64,000 bases of DNA, from contig NC_083421.1 of the NCBI RefSeq assembly GCF_020745735.1, positions 64,285,001-64,349,000 on the forward strand, written 5' to 3'. Below are positions 1-28,676 of this stretch, in pieces. Under the pieces are notes generated by a model that had not been told where the DNA came from, did no database searches, and worked only from the letters and a program-made list of their open reading frames with translations. The stretch comes from Hemiscyllium ocellatum. Its lineage: Eukaryota. A program made the position numbers and the translations under genes. Positions within the stretch are counted from its first letter, which is position 1. Each line of letters begins with the position of its first letter.

Positions 1-3000
1 TATACCCCACACTCCTCACTGTGACATACAGATATACCCACACACCCCTCACTGTAACACCCTGATATACCCAACACCCTACACTGTAACACACTGATAT
101 ACCCCACACTCCTGACTGTAACACCCAGATATACCCCACAACCCTCACGGTCACACCCTGATATACACACACACCCCTCACTGTAACACCCTCACATACC
201 CCATACCCCTCACTGTAACACCCTGATATATCCCACACTCCTGACTGTAACACCCTGATATACCACACGACCCTCATGGTAACACCCTGATATACCCCAC
301 ACACTTCACTGTGACCCCCTGATATACCCCACACTCCTCACGGTAACACCCTGATATACCCACACACCCCCCACTGTGACACCCTGATATACCCCACACA
401 CCTCACTGTAATACACTGATATACCCCACACACCTCACTGTGACATCCTGATATACCCCACACCCCTCACTGTAACACTCTGACCTACTCCACACCCCTC
501 AGATTAACATTCTGATATACCCCACACACTCTCACCGTGACACTCTGAAATAGCCCACACCTGTCACTGTAACATTTTGATATATCCCACACCCCTCAAC
601 ATAACACCCTGATAGGTCACACACTGTAATACTCTGGTATTTCACACACTATTCACTGTAACACACTGATATACCCCTCAGCACTCACTTTAAAACCCTG
701 ATCTGTCCTCACACCCCTCACTGTGTCACCCTGATATACTGTACACCTCACTGTAACACACTGATATACCCAACAACCCTCACTGAAACACACTGATATA
801 CCCCACACACCTCACTGTAACACACTGATATACCCCACACCCATCACTGTAACACACTGATATACCCCACAACCCTCAATGTAACACACTGATATACCCC
901 ACACACCTCACTGTAACACCCTGATATACCCCACACCCCTCACTGTAACACACTGATATACCTCACACCCCTCACTGTAACACACTGATATACCCCACAA
1001 CCCTCACTGTAACACACTGATATACCCCACACCCCTCACTGTAACACACTGATATACCTCACACCCCTCACTGTAACACACTGATATACCCCACAACCCT
1101 CACTGTAACACCCTGATATACCCCACAACCCTCACTGTAACACACTGATATACCCCACACCCCTCACTGTAACACACTGATATACCCCACACACCTCACT
1201 GTAACACACTGATATACCCCACACCCCTCACTGTAACACACTGATATACCTCACACCCCTCACTGTAACACACTGATATACCCCACAACCTTCACTGTAA
1301 CACACTGATATACCCCACACCCCTCACTGTAACACACTGATATACCTCACACCCCTCACTGTAACACACTGATATACCCCACAACTCTCACTGTAACACC
1401 CTGATATACCCCACAACCCTCACTGTAACACACTGATATACCCCACACCCCTCACTGTAACACACTGATATACCCCAACCCCTAACTGTAACACACTGAT
1501 ATACCCCACACCCCTCACTGTAACACACTGATGTACCCCACACCCCTCACTGTAACACACTGATATACCCCACACCCATCACTGTAACACACTGATATAT
1601 CCCACACCCCTCACTGTGTCACCCTGATATACTGTACCCTCACTGTAACACACTGATAAACCCCACACCCATCACTGTAACACACTGATATACCCCACAC
1701 CCCTCACTGTAACACCCTGATATACCCCACACCCATCACTGTAATACACTGATATACCCCACACCCCTCACTGTGACACCCTGATATACCCCACACCCCT
1801 CACTGTAACACACTGATATACCCCACACCCCTCACTGTGACACCCTGATATACCCCACACCCCTCACTGTAACACCCTGATATACCCCACACCCCTCACT
1901 GTAACACACTGATATACCCCACACCACTCACTGTGACACCCTGATATACCCCACAATCCTCAGGATTACACTCTGATATACCCCACACACCTCACTGTAA
2001 CACACTGATATACCCCACACCCCTCACTGTGACACCCTGATATACTCCACACACCTCACTGTAACACACTGGTATACCCCAACCCCTAACTGTGACACCC
2101 TGATATACCCCACACCCCTCACTGTAACACTCTGACCTACTCCACACCCCTCAGATTAACATTCTGATATACCCCACACACTCTCACCGTGACACTCTGA
2201 AATACCCCACACCTGTCACTGTAACATTTTGATATATCCCACACCCCTCAACATAACACCCTGATAGGTCACACACTGTAATACTCTGATATTTCACACA
2301 CTCCTCACTGTAACACACTGATATACCCCTCAGCACTCACTTTAAAACCCTGATCTGTCCTCACACCCCTCACTGTGTCACCCTGATATACTGTACACCT
2401 CACTGTAACACACTGATATACCCCACACCCCTCACTGTAACACTCTGACCTACTCCACACCCCTCAGATTAACATTCTGATATACCCCACACACTCTCAC
2501 CGTGACACTCTGAAATACCCCACACCTGTCACTGTAACATTTTGATATATCCCACACCCCTCAACATAACACCCTGATAGGTCACACACTGTAATACTCT
2601 GATATTTCACACACTCCTCACTGTAACACACTGATATACCCCTCAGCACTCACTTTAAAACCCTGATCTGTCCTCACACCCCTCACTGTGTCACCCTGAT
2701 ATACTGTACACCTCACTGTAACACACTGATATACCCCACACCCCTCACTGTAACACACTGATATACCCCACACCCATCACTGTAACACACTGATATACCC
2801 CACCCCCCTCACTATAACACACTGATATACCCCACACCCCTCACTGTAACACACTGATATACCCCACACCCATCACTGTAACACACTGATATACCCCACA
2901 CCCATCACTGTAATACACTGATATACTCCACACCCCTCACTGTAACACACTGATATACCCCACATCCCTCACTGTAACACCCTGATATACCCCACACCCC

Positions 3001-4890
3001 TCACTGTAACACACTGATATATCCCACATCCCTCACTGTAACACACTGATATACCCCACACCCCTCACTGTAACACACTGATATACCCCACATCCCTCAC
3101 TGTAACACACTGATATACCCCACACCCCTCACTGTAACACACTGATATACCCCACATCCCTCACTGTAACACACTGATATACCCCAACCCCTAACTGTAA
3201 CACACTGATATACCCCTCATCCCTCACTGTAACACACTGATATACCCCACACCCCTCACTGTAACACACTGATATACCCCACATCCCTCACTGTAACGTA
3301 CTGATATACCCCACACCCCTCACTGTAACACACTGATATATCCCACACCCCTCACTGTAACACACTGATATACCCCACACCCCTCACTGTAACACACTGA
3401 TATACCCCACATCCCTCACTGTAACACACTGATATACCCCACACCCATCACTGTAACACACTGATATATCCCACACCCATCACTGTAACACACTGATATA
3501 TCCCACACCCCTCACTGTAACACACTGATATACCCCACACCCCTCACTGTAACACACTGATATGCCCCACATCCCTCACTGTAACACACTGATATACTCC
3601 ACACCCATCACTGTAACACACTGATATATCCCACAACCCTCACTGTAACACCCTGATGTAGTCCCCACACCCTTCACTGTAACACTCTGATGCACCACAC
3701 ACCCCTCACTGTAATAACCTGATATACCCCACACCCCTCACCACACTGTGACACTCTGATATACCCCACACCCCTCACTGTAACACTCTGATATAGCCCA
3801 TACACCCCTCACTGTAACACTCTGATATACCCCACACCCCTCACTGTAACACCCTGATATACCTTGCACCCCTCACTGTAACACTCTGATATACCTCACA
3901 CCCTGTCACACACTATACCCCACATCCCTCACTGTAACACCCTGATATATCCCACACCCCTCACTGTCACACACTATACCCCAGACCCCTCACTGACACA
4001 CCCTGATATATCCTACATCCCTCACTGTAACACATTGATATACCCCACACCCCTCACTGTAACACTCTGATATACCCCACAACCTTCACTGTGTCACTCT
4101 GAAATACCCCAAACCCTTCACTGTAACACCTTGATATATCCCACACCCCTCACCATGACAACCTGATGTCACACACCCCTCACTGTAATACTCTGATATT
4201 TCACACACTCCTCACTGTAACACACTGATATACCCCACAACCCTCATTTTAAAACCCTGATATGTCCTCACACCCCTCACTGTGTCACCCTGATATACTG
4301 TACCCTCACTGTAACACACTGATATACCCCACACCCATCACTGTAATACACTGATATACCCCACACCCCTCACTGTGACACCCTGATATACCCCACACCC
4401 CTCACTGTAACACACTGATATACCCCACACCCCTCACTGTAACACCCTGATATACCCCACACCCCTCACTGTAACACTCTGATATACCCCACACCCATCA
4501 CTGTAACACACTGATATATCCCACAACCCTCAATGTAACGCCCTGATGTAGTCCCCACACACCTCACTGTAAAAACCTGATATACCCCACACCCCTCACC
4601 ACACTGTCACGCTCTGATATACCTACACCCCTCACTGTCACACACTATACCCCACACCCCTCACTGTAACACTTTGATATACCCCACAACCCTCACTGTA
4701 ACACCCTGATATACCCCACAACCCTCACTGTAACACTCTGATATACCCCACACCCCTCACTGGAACACACTGATATACCCCACACCCCTCACTGTAGCAC
4801 TCTGATATACCCCACACCCCTCACTGTAGCACTCTGATATACCCTTCACTCCTCACTGTGAAACTCTGATATGCTGCACACCCCCAATTC
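1..4890. repeat. 32-bp satellite array (unit approx. CCCCTCACTGTAACACACTGATATACCCCACA), runs off the window start
   Basis: Tandem repetition visible directly, period 32 (e.g. 1861-1892). One more unit follows the insertion, at 5121-5140. Confidence 0.97.
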
Positions 4891-4894
4891 TAAC

Positions 4895-5118
4895 AAGAAA
4901 GTGAGGACCGCACAGACTGGAGATCAGAGTCGAAAAGTGTGGTGCTAGAAAAACATAGCAGGTCAGGCAGTATGCGAGGAGCAGGAGAGTCAACATTTCA
5001 GGCCTAAGTCCTTCATCAGGAATGTGACACTCTCAGAAAGGGCTTATGCCCAAAACATCGACTCTTCTGCTTCTCAGATGTTGCCTGACCTGCTGTGCTT
5101 TCCAGCACCCCATTTGTT
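4895..5118. mobile_element. Fold-back Penelope-like terminal element with two degenerate hammerhead motifs in opposite orientation
   Basis: Arms GTGGTGCTAGAAAAACATAGCAGGTCAGGCAG... and ...TTGCCTGACCTGCTGTGCTTTCCAGCACC are near reverse complements. Same family as 23171, 54144, 56215 and 62388. Confidence 0.8.
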
Positions 5119-5477
5119 GACCCTCACTGTAACACTCTGACAGGGCTTTGTTATAGCCCCTCTAGGGTGGTGTTCATCACTCCCTAAAAAATTTTAATCT
5201 TTTCTTTCCTGTGTTTAAGTTTTTCATCCTCCAGACTGATGGTTCCTTTATTTCCCCTGTTTATTGGTCAGCGCAGAGTCTCATCCATGATCTAGTGCTG
5301 TATCAGAGTCTGTTTCTGTTCTTGCCAAACTTGCTAAGTAATGCTTTGTCAGAAATAAATGCTAACCCTCCCTGGCTACTGTGGCAGGACATCCCAAAGT
5401 GTTGTGATTCAATCATTTGGCTGATTTTCTTGAAAGCCAATGTTAATGAGCTATGGGTTTCTCTGTGTTAGCCAAAT

Positions 5478-6930
5478 GAACATAAATAGGAGCGAGGTAA
5501 GGTATGGCCGGTCTTTTCATGGACCCAGCTCTATTTACCGCCTGCTCACTGTAACCCCTAATTCCTTTACTGTTCAAAAATCTATCTTTGCCTGAAAAAC
5601 ATTGAGGAAGCTTTAAATACTTCACTGGGCGGGGAATCCCACAGATTCCACTGGGCACAGAATCCCACAGGGCGGGGAATCCCACAGATTCCACTGGGCG
5701 GGGAATCCCACAGATTCCACTGGGCGGGGAATCCCACAGATTCACAACCTGTTGGGAGAAGAAGTTCCTCCTCAGCCGTAAATCTGCTTCCTCTAATTTT
5801 GAGGCTACGTCCTTATTGTCCTAGTTACACCCACTGGTGGAAACATCCGTTCTACTTCTATCTTATCTATTCCCTTCATAATTTTAAATGTTTTCATAAG
5901 ATCTCTCCTCATTCTTCTAAATTCCAATGAGTATAATCCCAGTTTACTCAGTCTCTCCTCATAAACCAACCCTCTCAACTCTGGAATCAACCGCGTGAAC
6001 CTCCTCTGCACCCCCTCTGGTGCCAGGACATCTTTTCTCAAGTAATGAGACCAAAACTGTACACAGTACTCCAGGCCTCACCAACCCCTATACAGCTGCA
6101 ACATGACCTCCCTATTTTTAAACTCCATCCCTCTAGCAAATGAAGGACAATATTCCATTTAATTACCTGCTGAAGCTGCAAACCAACTTGTTGTGATTCA
6201 CGCACAGAGACACCTAGGTCCCTCTGCACAGCAGCATGCTACAATTTTTCACAATTTAAATAATAGTCCATTTTACTGTTATTTGTACCAAAATGGATTA
6301 CCTCATATTTACCAACCTTGTGCTACATCTGTGAGACCCTTGTCCATCACTTGACCGATCTGTATCCCGCTGCAGACTTTCACTGTCCTCTGTACAGTTT
6401 GCTCTAACACCCATCTTAATGTCATCTGTGAACTTTGACACACCACACTTGGTCCCCACCTCTAAAATATCTCTGTAAATTATAAACAATTGCAGTCTCA
6501 ACACTGATCTCTGAGACACACCACTAGCCATTAATTGCCAAGAACACCCATTTATCCCCAATCTGTTTTCTGTTAGATAACCAATTCTCTATCAATGCTA
6601 CTACTTTGCCCATCATGCACCATGATCTTTTGCAGGAACCTTTTGTGTGGCCCCTTGTCAAATGTCTTTTGGAAATCCACCATATCCACTAGCTCCATTA
6701 TTCACCCCACCCACTCATAATGTCCTTGAAGAGTTCCAGTAAACTAGTTAAACATGACCTAACTTTCATGGAACTTTCTGTGTCTGCCCGATGGGACAAT
6801 TTCTATCCAGATTTCTTGTTATTTCTTCCTTGATTATAGCTTCAAGCTTTTGCCCCACTATAGACATTATGCTAACGGGCCTATGGTTACCCACCTTTTT
6901 TAAATTGTGGTGTCACATTTCTGTTTTCTA
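5478..6930 (-). mobile_element. CR1-type LINE, degenerate 3' part (RT C-terminus and tail)
   Basis: Minus-strand ORF remnants SGVSQRSVL, SKFTDD, VQRRFTRLIPELRGLVYEERLSKLGLYSLE match CR1 ORF2. Contains a local tandem duplication of about 27 bp at 5625-5745. Confidence 0.9.
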
Positions 6931-7799
6931 TGACTCATTTGAGGGCGCATTCTCTCGCATCCAAGCTCAGAGGTTGAGCGTTCAAGTTCCACTCCACAGC
7001 TAAATTTACAATGACATACTTGATGCGGTATACACACAAGGGATGTGAGTCAAAGACATTGAGTGTTTGAGGTTACAAAGATGGTAAGGATCATGCTGCA
7101 TTTGAAGTAGTGCTGTGAACAGCTGTAATCTGTGAGTTATAAACAGGAGATAGAAGCACCTGAAGAAGACGTGACATGATTTCTGCAGCAGAGATTCTGA
7201 ACTGAAATGAACAAGCTGACCTCCCTTGAAAGATGACATGATAGAGACCTTCAGAATTCTGAAAGGGATTGACAAGGTGACCATGGAGCAATTCTTTCCA
7301 CGTAAATTGTAGGGAGGCCTAAACTATGGTCATCAATACCGTCAAATCCAGTAGGTAATTTGGTTATTTAACTCAGAGCGTTGAGAACTTGCTGCAGTAT
7401 GGTTGATGTGAATGTTCATTTCGGGGATAACAGATGAGGAAAAACTACAAGGGAAATAGATGGGTTGGGTGAAATATGGACTTACAGCCCATTTCACTTT
7501 GTGAACAGCATAAACACAATCGTTTTTCGGTCCCTTTAGTTCCGAAGAGGTCATTGGACTCAAAACTTTAATTCCATTTTTCTATCTCTGCGGCCAGAAC
7601 TGCTTTTTACAGCAGTTTTAGTTTTTATTTTGGTTTCATTGCATAATTCAGTCCAGGTAAAAAAAACTGCAAGGCCATAGACCTGCATTTCCCCAGCAGG
7701 AAACAATCAGATTTCTCAAGCTTTAGTTTTATTGAAGGGGGCCATTCTCATGAATAAGCTCCACATGTTTTACTCGTTATTGGAGATAGAGCACTTTCA

Positions 7800-8080
7800 C
7801 ATCTGCCATCTTACCGGAAGTTCCGTATTTACTCTCCAAATAGACTTTTGGAATAGAAAACCCTGTTGTTGGAGTCGGGAGGGGGTTGTCCTGACTCTAG
7901 ACACTGGGTTTTGAGACTCTGATTCAAATCAGTCCGTTAAATGACGTTTTAGTTTCTAGTTTGGTGGTTAGATTAAAAAAAATCCGGAAGTGTTGTCATT
8001 TTGTATTTCCGGTTACTGGTGGCCCACATGTTTGACCCGGAAGTACCGCTGTTATACTCGATTCTAATCGGAGCGGCTCC
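7800..8080. promoter_or_regulatory. SURF2 promoter with four ETS/GABP-type sites and a YY1-type site, possibly bidirectional
   Basis: CCGGAAGT at 7814-7821, 7984-7991 and 8037-8044, ATTTCCGGT at 8005-8013, GCCATCTT at 7805-7812. Lies just upstream of the SURF2 ATG, no TATA box seen. Confidence 0.7.
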
Positions 8081-13959
<5,879 letters not shown>

Positions 13960-15008
13960 CTGAAAGCTGGAAATCAGAACGAACCCTGGGAATAACTCAG
14001 CCACTTGGTTGCCTGGTACAATGTGCTGAGTATTTACTGTACAGTTTCAATTTGTATCTGTGTAGGGAGTAAAGCATACCTGAAACAGTAAAGCTGTGAG
14101 CATCTTTGAACCTCTTGTTCAATTGTAACCTTGAGTCCTTCCATCTCCTCTTAACAATGTTGACTCTCAAGGATGCAGGCTACAAAATTATTTCTATAAC
14201 TTGGTATCATAGCCATATGTACCCACTGAGGATAATCAAACAAAACTTGATGCTGCAGGGGAGATATTAGGACAAAAGTCTTAGTCAAAGAGGGAACTTC
14301 CAACCTGGCACACTAATTGAAATTTGAGGATGTTCAAGGCTGGGTTGGAGTAACGTAGATGAGGGTTGCGGGGCTGGAATTGAAAATTGAATTTCAAAAC
14401 TTATGAGAATTTTAAAATTGGCTCTGAGTGAAGCAATGTTTGTGTTGGTTAGTGAGTTGGGTGCTGGCTCAATGTGATGTGATACAAGTTGGAATGTTGG
14501 CAGCAGAATTCTGGTTCTGATGTCAGCACCACTGGATGTAAACGTAACCACAGAGGGTTTCAACTTGCACTTCACAGCAGTGACTGGGATCAAGTACCAT
14601 GGTTCATATCCTACCTCTGTAGAGAGGTAGACAATGCCTGGCTTAGAGTAAGTGGGCACAGCTGAGGCTGAGATAACAGTTTTTCTGCTGGAGGATACCA
14701 TAATGATTGAGTCAAGATTTTTCTTTCATTTCTGAATACATGTAAAGCTGATCTTTATTACCCATTCATAGTGGCACTTACACCAAGGTTTTGATGCAGC
14801 AATATGGGAATGGTGCCTCTATCCGGGTGAAGAGGCTAACATGGGGAAGGGGTATTGGGAAGTATTGTGTGCTGTCGGCTGCTGACTTGCCAGTTGTTGT
14901 CTTGCATCTGTTAATCCAGCAGACAACAGAACAAATCCCACCATCGCGGTTGAAAAACAACTGGTATGAATGCAACAATGCAGAGGGGGTGCAGGGAAAT
15001 TCACAGCT

Positions 15009-15014
15009 TTTATT
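15009..15014 (-). terminator. Candidate SURF4 polyadenylation signal (AATAAA on minus strand)
   Basis: TTTATT on + strand about 2 kb past the stop, at the end of a stretch with no recognisable repeats. Alternatives exist near 14754, 15312 and 15400. Confidence 0.4.
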
Positions 15015-16972
15015 TAACAACAAACTCAACAGCACAATTTTCAGAAGAGAACAAAGGTTCCTGGAATTTTGCACTAACAGTTACCCAATGGTTGGAGCTG
15101 CTGTGGCCATAACAGCAGCAAGAGCTTGCCTCTACTCCAGTGACCTTGTACTCGACTTGTGAACATTTTTAAAGAAAAAAAATAAGCTGTGTAAACACAT
15201 TCCCAGCAGAAATGCAGGTATGCCCTGTACCACCCCTCCCTCCTGCCAATCAGGCACGTTGACTAATACTGACACAATTATTGCACTGAGTGGCTTCAGA
15301 ATGAGTCCATCTTTATTGCTGTTTTTATAAATTATTTTCTATCCCTCCTCTCTTGAAGTGAACTTTGTCAGGAATTCCCAGTGCATTGGATGCTGGCTGT
15401 TTATTTCAGCTTTTCAATTGCAGAGGATATCACAGTCAAGTTTGATGCTTGTGTTTCATACTATTCCATGTAAGAGTCACTGGTGAGGAGGAAGGGAGGT
15501 GAGGTCTGGGGTGCCTGAACATTTTGAAAATATTTCTGTTTGAAACAGAAACAACTTGTATAGGGGCCAGCCATGAAGTGTCACCCATTTCTGCCACTGT
15601 GCAGCGTCTACTAAACCTAGCAGAATACCAAGTTGCAACGTCAAGGGAAAGATAAATAATGCAACCACTGTTTTAAAAACAGGAAGCAGAACTTAACACA
15701 TTTTTGAAAATTACAGCCACAGCAAGATTAATTTTGAAACAGGAATATTCAGTGGCAGTATATGTTAATACCAAATCCATCATTAACATGATCAGTAATC
15801 CACTGCAAAATTAACTTGGAAATGTAGCAGGTCATTCACTCTCCCACTACACTTTGCGATGGTGCTGGCAGTGATATTCAGCATTATCCTTCTATAGAAG
15901 GGACTGGCTCTGTCTGGCAGTTTCCACACATATCTCAAGCAACAAGGGCACTCTGAGCCTGAAGAGTGATGGATAGGTATTAAGATATGGTAGATGGGAG
16001 TCAAGCTGAACCTAGTAAACACATTAAATACACACGAGCATGCTTTTACTCACATGCCCAATTGGATGAGGACCTAAAAATCTGAGTCAGTTTCCCCTTC
16101 TTAACCCTCAGTGATTATCAAAGCAACAACTTCAATCAATACCTCCACAGACACTGGGGAAATCAAACCCCAGTCCTTTCAGAATCACCTGGCACGTACA
16201 TCAACTACACAGGCAGTTTGCACTGGCCACTTTTAAACATCTAGCAAGAGGGTCCTGGGGTTTGGTAACAGCCTTTGGGAATGTCTGTCCCATGATCTCA
16301 GCATCTACTGACAGCTGAGATCAGTAAAGGTTACAGAAACTGCATTCTCAGAGAAAGGATGAACAACACTAGGAGTTGATCCTCAGCTGGTAGTTTGGAC
16401 AGACAGAGCCAGGGAGGGACTTTAATCAATAAGGGTACCTCATTTTGGCACAACTTAGTGTTGGAGAACATAACCATTTTTAGTGAAATGTAATTAAATA
16501 AGGAGGTATAATAGCTACAAGTTGACTCATGAGAGTAGGAAAATATTCCAATTCCTTTCCTCCTGGGACAATACGCAGAGAGAACTAACTCTACACAGTA
16601 GCAGGAACCTGAACTGGGGCTTCATTTTAACTTTAAAAAAAACAAAGAGGGGCAGTTAATTCTTTAATACACAGCTAATGTCAAAAATCTGAACCTGAAA
16701 GACTTTTCTGTTGGGACATTGTAAATTTACAATCGTCTTTTATCTCCGAAAGCCAACAGAAGGCTGTGTTTTGTAAGGTTACCAACGAGCAGTGGAACAT
16801 TACGGACCCTGAATGAGAATGCATTGAAATCTGGGTCAAAGTACATCCTGTAAACTGTACAAAACAGTGGGGATGGATGGTTAATAAGGAAGAGGGGAGG
16901 GATGAAAGGTGGTGGTTGTGGGGAAAGGAAGGCCGATGGAGGGTGGCAGCAGTTTTGCAGATGGTACACCAA

Positions 16973-26438
<9,466 letters not shown>

Positions 26439-26439
26439 T

Positions 26440-26845
26440 TCGCCTTCCCGCCGCCCGGCCGCCGGAACTGTGGGCCGCACGCCTGCTCACACCATCAGAG
26501 GGCGGGGCCTCACCGGCTCCCACAACACACCGCGCCGCCACGTCGGCGGCTGGGGGCGGGACCACACCTGGAGACGGTGATGGTCTCGGTCAAGGGGCGG
26601 GACTAGACCCGGAGGCGTGACTAGCTCAAGGGGCGGGACTAGACCCGGAGGCGTGACTAGCTCAAGGGGCGGGACTAGACCGGGGACGGGACCAGATCAG
26701 ATGGAGGGACGAGATGGGAGGTGGGGCTAGATGGGGAACTGGGTGGGACCAAGGTCCGCGGGGCGGAGCTAGATCAGGGCGCATGACTTGATCATGGGGC
26801 GGGGCTAGTACGGGGCGGGGCTAAAGAGGGGCGGAGCTAGAGGCT
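26440..26845. promoter_or_regulatory. SURF4 CpG-rich promoter with tandem GC boxes
   Basis: 36-bp unit TCAAGGGGCGGGACTAGACCCGGAGGCGTGACTAGC at 26590, 26626 and 26662 (partial), plus further GGGCGG boxes up to about 26836. Confidence 0.75.
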
Positions 26846-26869
26846 GGTTTGATGTGGAGGTGCTGGGAT

Positions 26870-27830
26870 GGACAATGTTAGTCCAACAGGTTTAATTGGA
26901 AGCACTAGCTTTCAGAGCACTGCTCCTTAGTCAGGTGGCTAGTGGGGTTCGATCATAGGATACAAGTTTATCACCAATGCAATGTATTGAACAAATCGAG
27001 ATTGTTGTTAAGTCTTTAATCACTTACAATGGAAATATCTGTTTGGATTGATTAATAGTCATTAAATCCCAGAACTTCTTTCAAGTCACAGTCCCAAGAT
27101 AACCAAAGGTTTTATAAAAAAGACAATGCATTAAAGGTGTGAGGTTACAGTCTGTCTGCATCCCAATCTTGAGTCAGACTGGTTTTATTTCCAAAGTATG
27201 AACTTATAAAATGTCACATGGACTGACTGCCTACAGATTGTGTGTTTTTTAAAACAAAATAGAATGTTTCTACAAAAGAAATCTGCAAATGCAAATTCTC
27301 CCCGTGTGTGTGTGAGGAAAAGAGGGAGAGTGAGTGTGTGTGGGACAGAGGGAGAGTGAGTGGGTGTGTGTGGGTGCGTGTGTGTGGGTGTGGTAGAGAG
27401 GGAGTGAGTGTGTGCATGTGAGAGTGTGCGTGTGTGCATGCTTGATAGTGTGTACGGAGTGTGACAGAGTATATGTCTGTGAGAGGATATGTACGTGAGT
27501 GTGGGTGTGTGTGTATGTGTGAGTATGTTAATGTGATTGTGTGTAAGTGTGTGTGTTGTGTGTGTGGGCTTGTGTGTGAGTGAGAGTGTATAGTGTAGTG
27601 GAGTCACCTGTAGTGTGATATGAATTCAAGAACCTGGTTGATGCCATTCTCATGGATACTGAACTTGGTTATCAGCCTCTGCTCAGTGACTCTGTGTTCT
27701 TGCATATCCTGAAGACCACCTTGGAGGATGGTCATCTGAAGATCTGAGCCAAATGTCCTTAAAGTGTTCCCTGACTGGGAAGGAACATCCCTGTCTGGCG
27801 ATTGTTGCGAGGTGTCCATTCATCAGTTGT
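26870..27830 (-). mobile_element. Penelope-like retroelement 3' fragment (GIY-YIG C-terminus, CA-rich tract, terminal hammerhead)
   Basis: TILQGGLQDMQEHRVTEQRLITKFSIHENGIN resembles the PLE endonuclease end. (TG/AG)-rich tract at 27300-27600, hammerhead motif at 26903-26937. Confidence 0.8.
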
Positions 27831-28293
27831 TATATTTTAATTTTAACTGAATTAAATTCCACCATCTGCTGTGACGGGATTCAAAGCCAGATCCCCAGAC
27901 ATTATCTGGATCTTTGGGTTGACAGTCCAGCAGTAATGCCACTAGGCCATCACCTGCCCATAGTGGGTGACTGTAACTTCTCCAATATTAAATCACAGCA
28001 TCATAGAATCCCTACATATGGAAGAGTCCAATTGGCCAATCAAGTTGGATGGCAGAAGAGTAGGACACTCCAACCAGAGCTCCTCTGCTCCACCTGTTCT
28101 TTTTGATTCTATTCTATTTTCTTCTCTGTTTTCAACAGTCCTGGAGCAAGCTATGGGGAAACCGGAATCCTGGAATGGCGCATGGGAAAGCTTGAATCCT
28201 GGAACAGCACAAAAGAAACCCAAGTCCTGGAGCGGCACGATTCTTAATATTCTGGAGTGAAGCGGTTCAAGAAGGCAGCTCGCCACCACCTTC

Positions 28294-28380
28294 TCCCAGA
28301 TCTATATGGGAATACCACCCAGATCTATATGGGAATACCACCCAGATCTATATGGGAATACCACCCAGATCTATATGGGA
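28294..28380. repeat. 23-bp tandem repeat (CCCAGATCTATATGGGAATACCA), about 3.7 copies
   Basis: Perfect direct repeats. Confidence 0.92.
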
Positions 28381-28676
28381 TGGCAACATATGTCAATACC
28401 AGATCTTTCTTGGGATTGTAGTTTGCCAACACCTTGTAGGATGATAGCTGTTTCTTTAATTCATTGAAAGCTAGGGCTTGTCTATGAGACCATTTCCAAG
28501 GCTAACCCTTTTGTAGGAGTTGATGAACAGTGCCAGGACAGATGCTGGGTTATGTATGAACTTTCCATAATAATTTACCGGTCCAATAAAAGACCTAAGC
28601 TCCCAGAGAGACATGGGAGCTGGGGCACCTTTGATCACCCTGAACTTTATCTTTCAACAATGGAACTTGAATTTAA

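Noticed and set aside
1-4890. CRISPR-like array of about 32-bp repeats
   Set aside because: Units are contiguous with no unique spacers, there are no cas genes, and the context is a vertebrate genome.
7160-7201. Possible small minus-strand exon of a divergent gene such as SURF1
   Set aside because: Splice-like signals are present but there is no recognisable homology, so it cannot be supported.
14791-15162. 123-aa ORF or acceptor near 14919 as the SURF2 last exon
   Set aside because: No similarity to the SURF2 C-terminus. The exon at 13876-13959 fits better and comes first.
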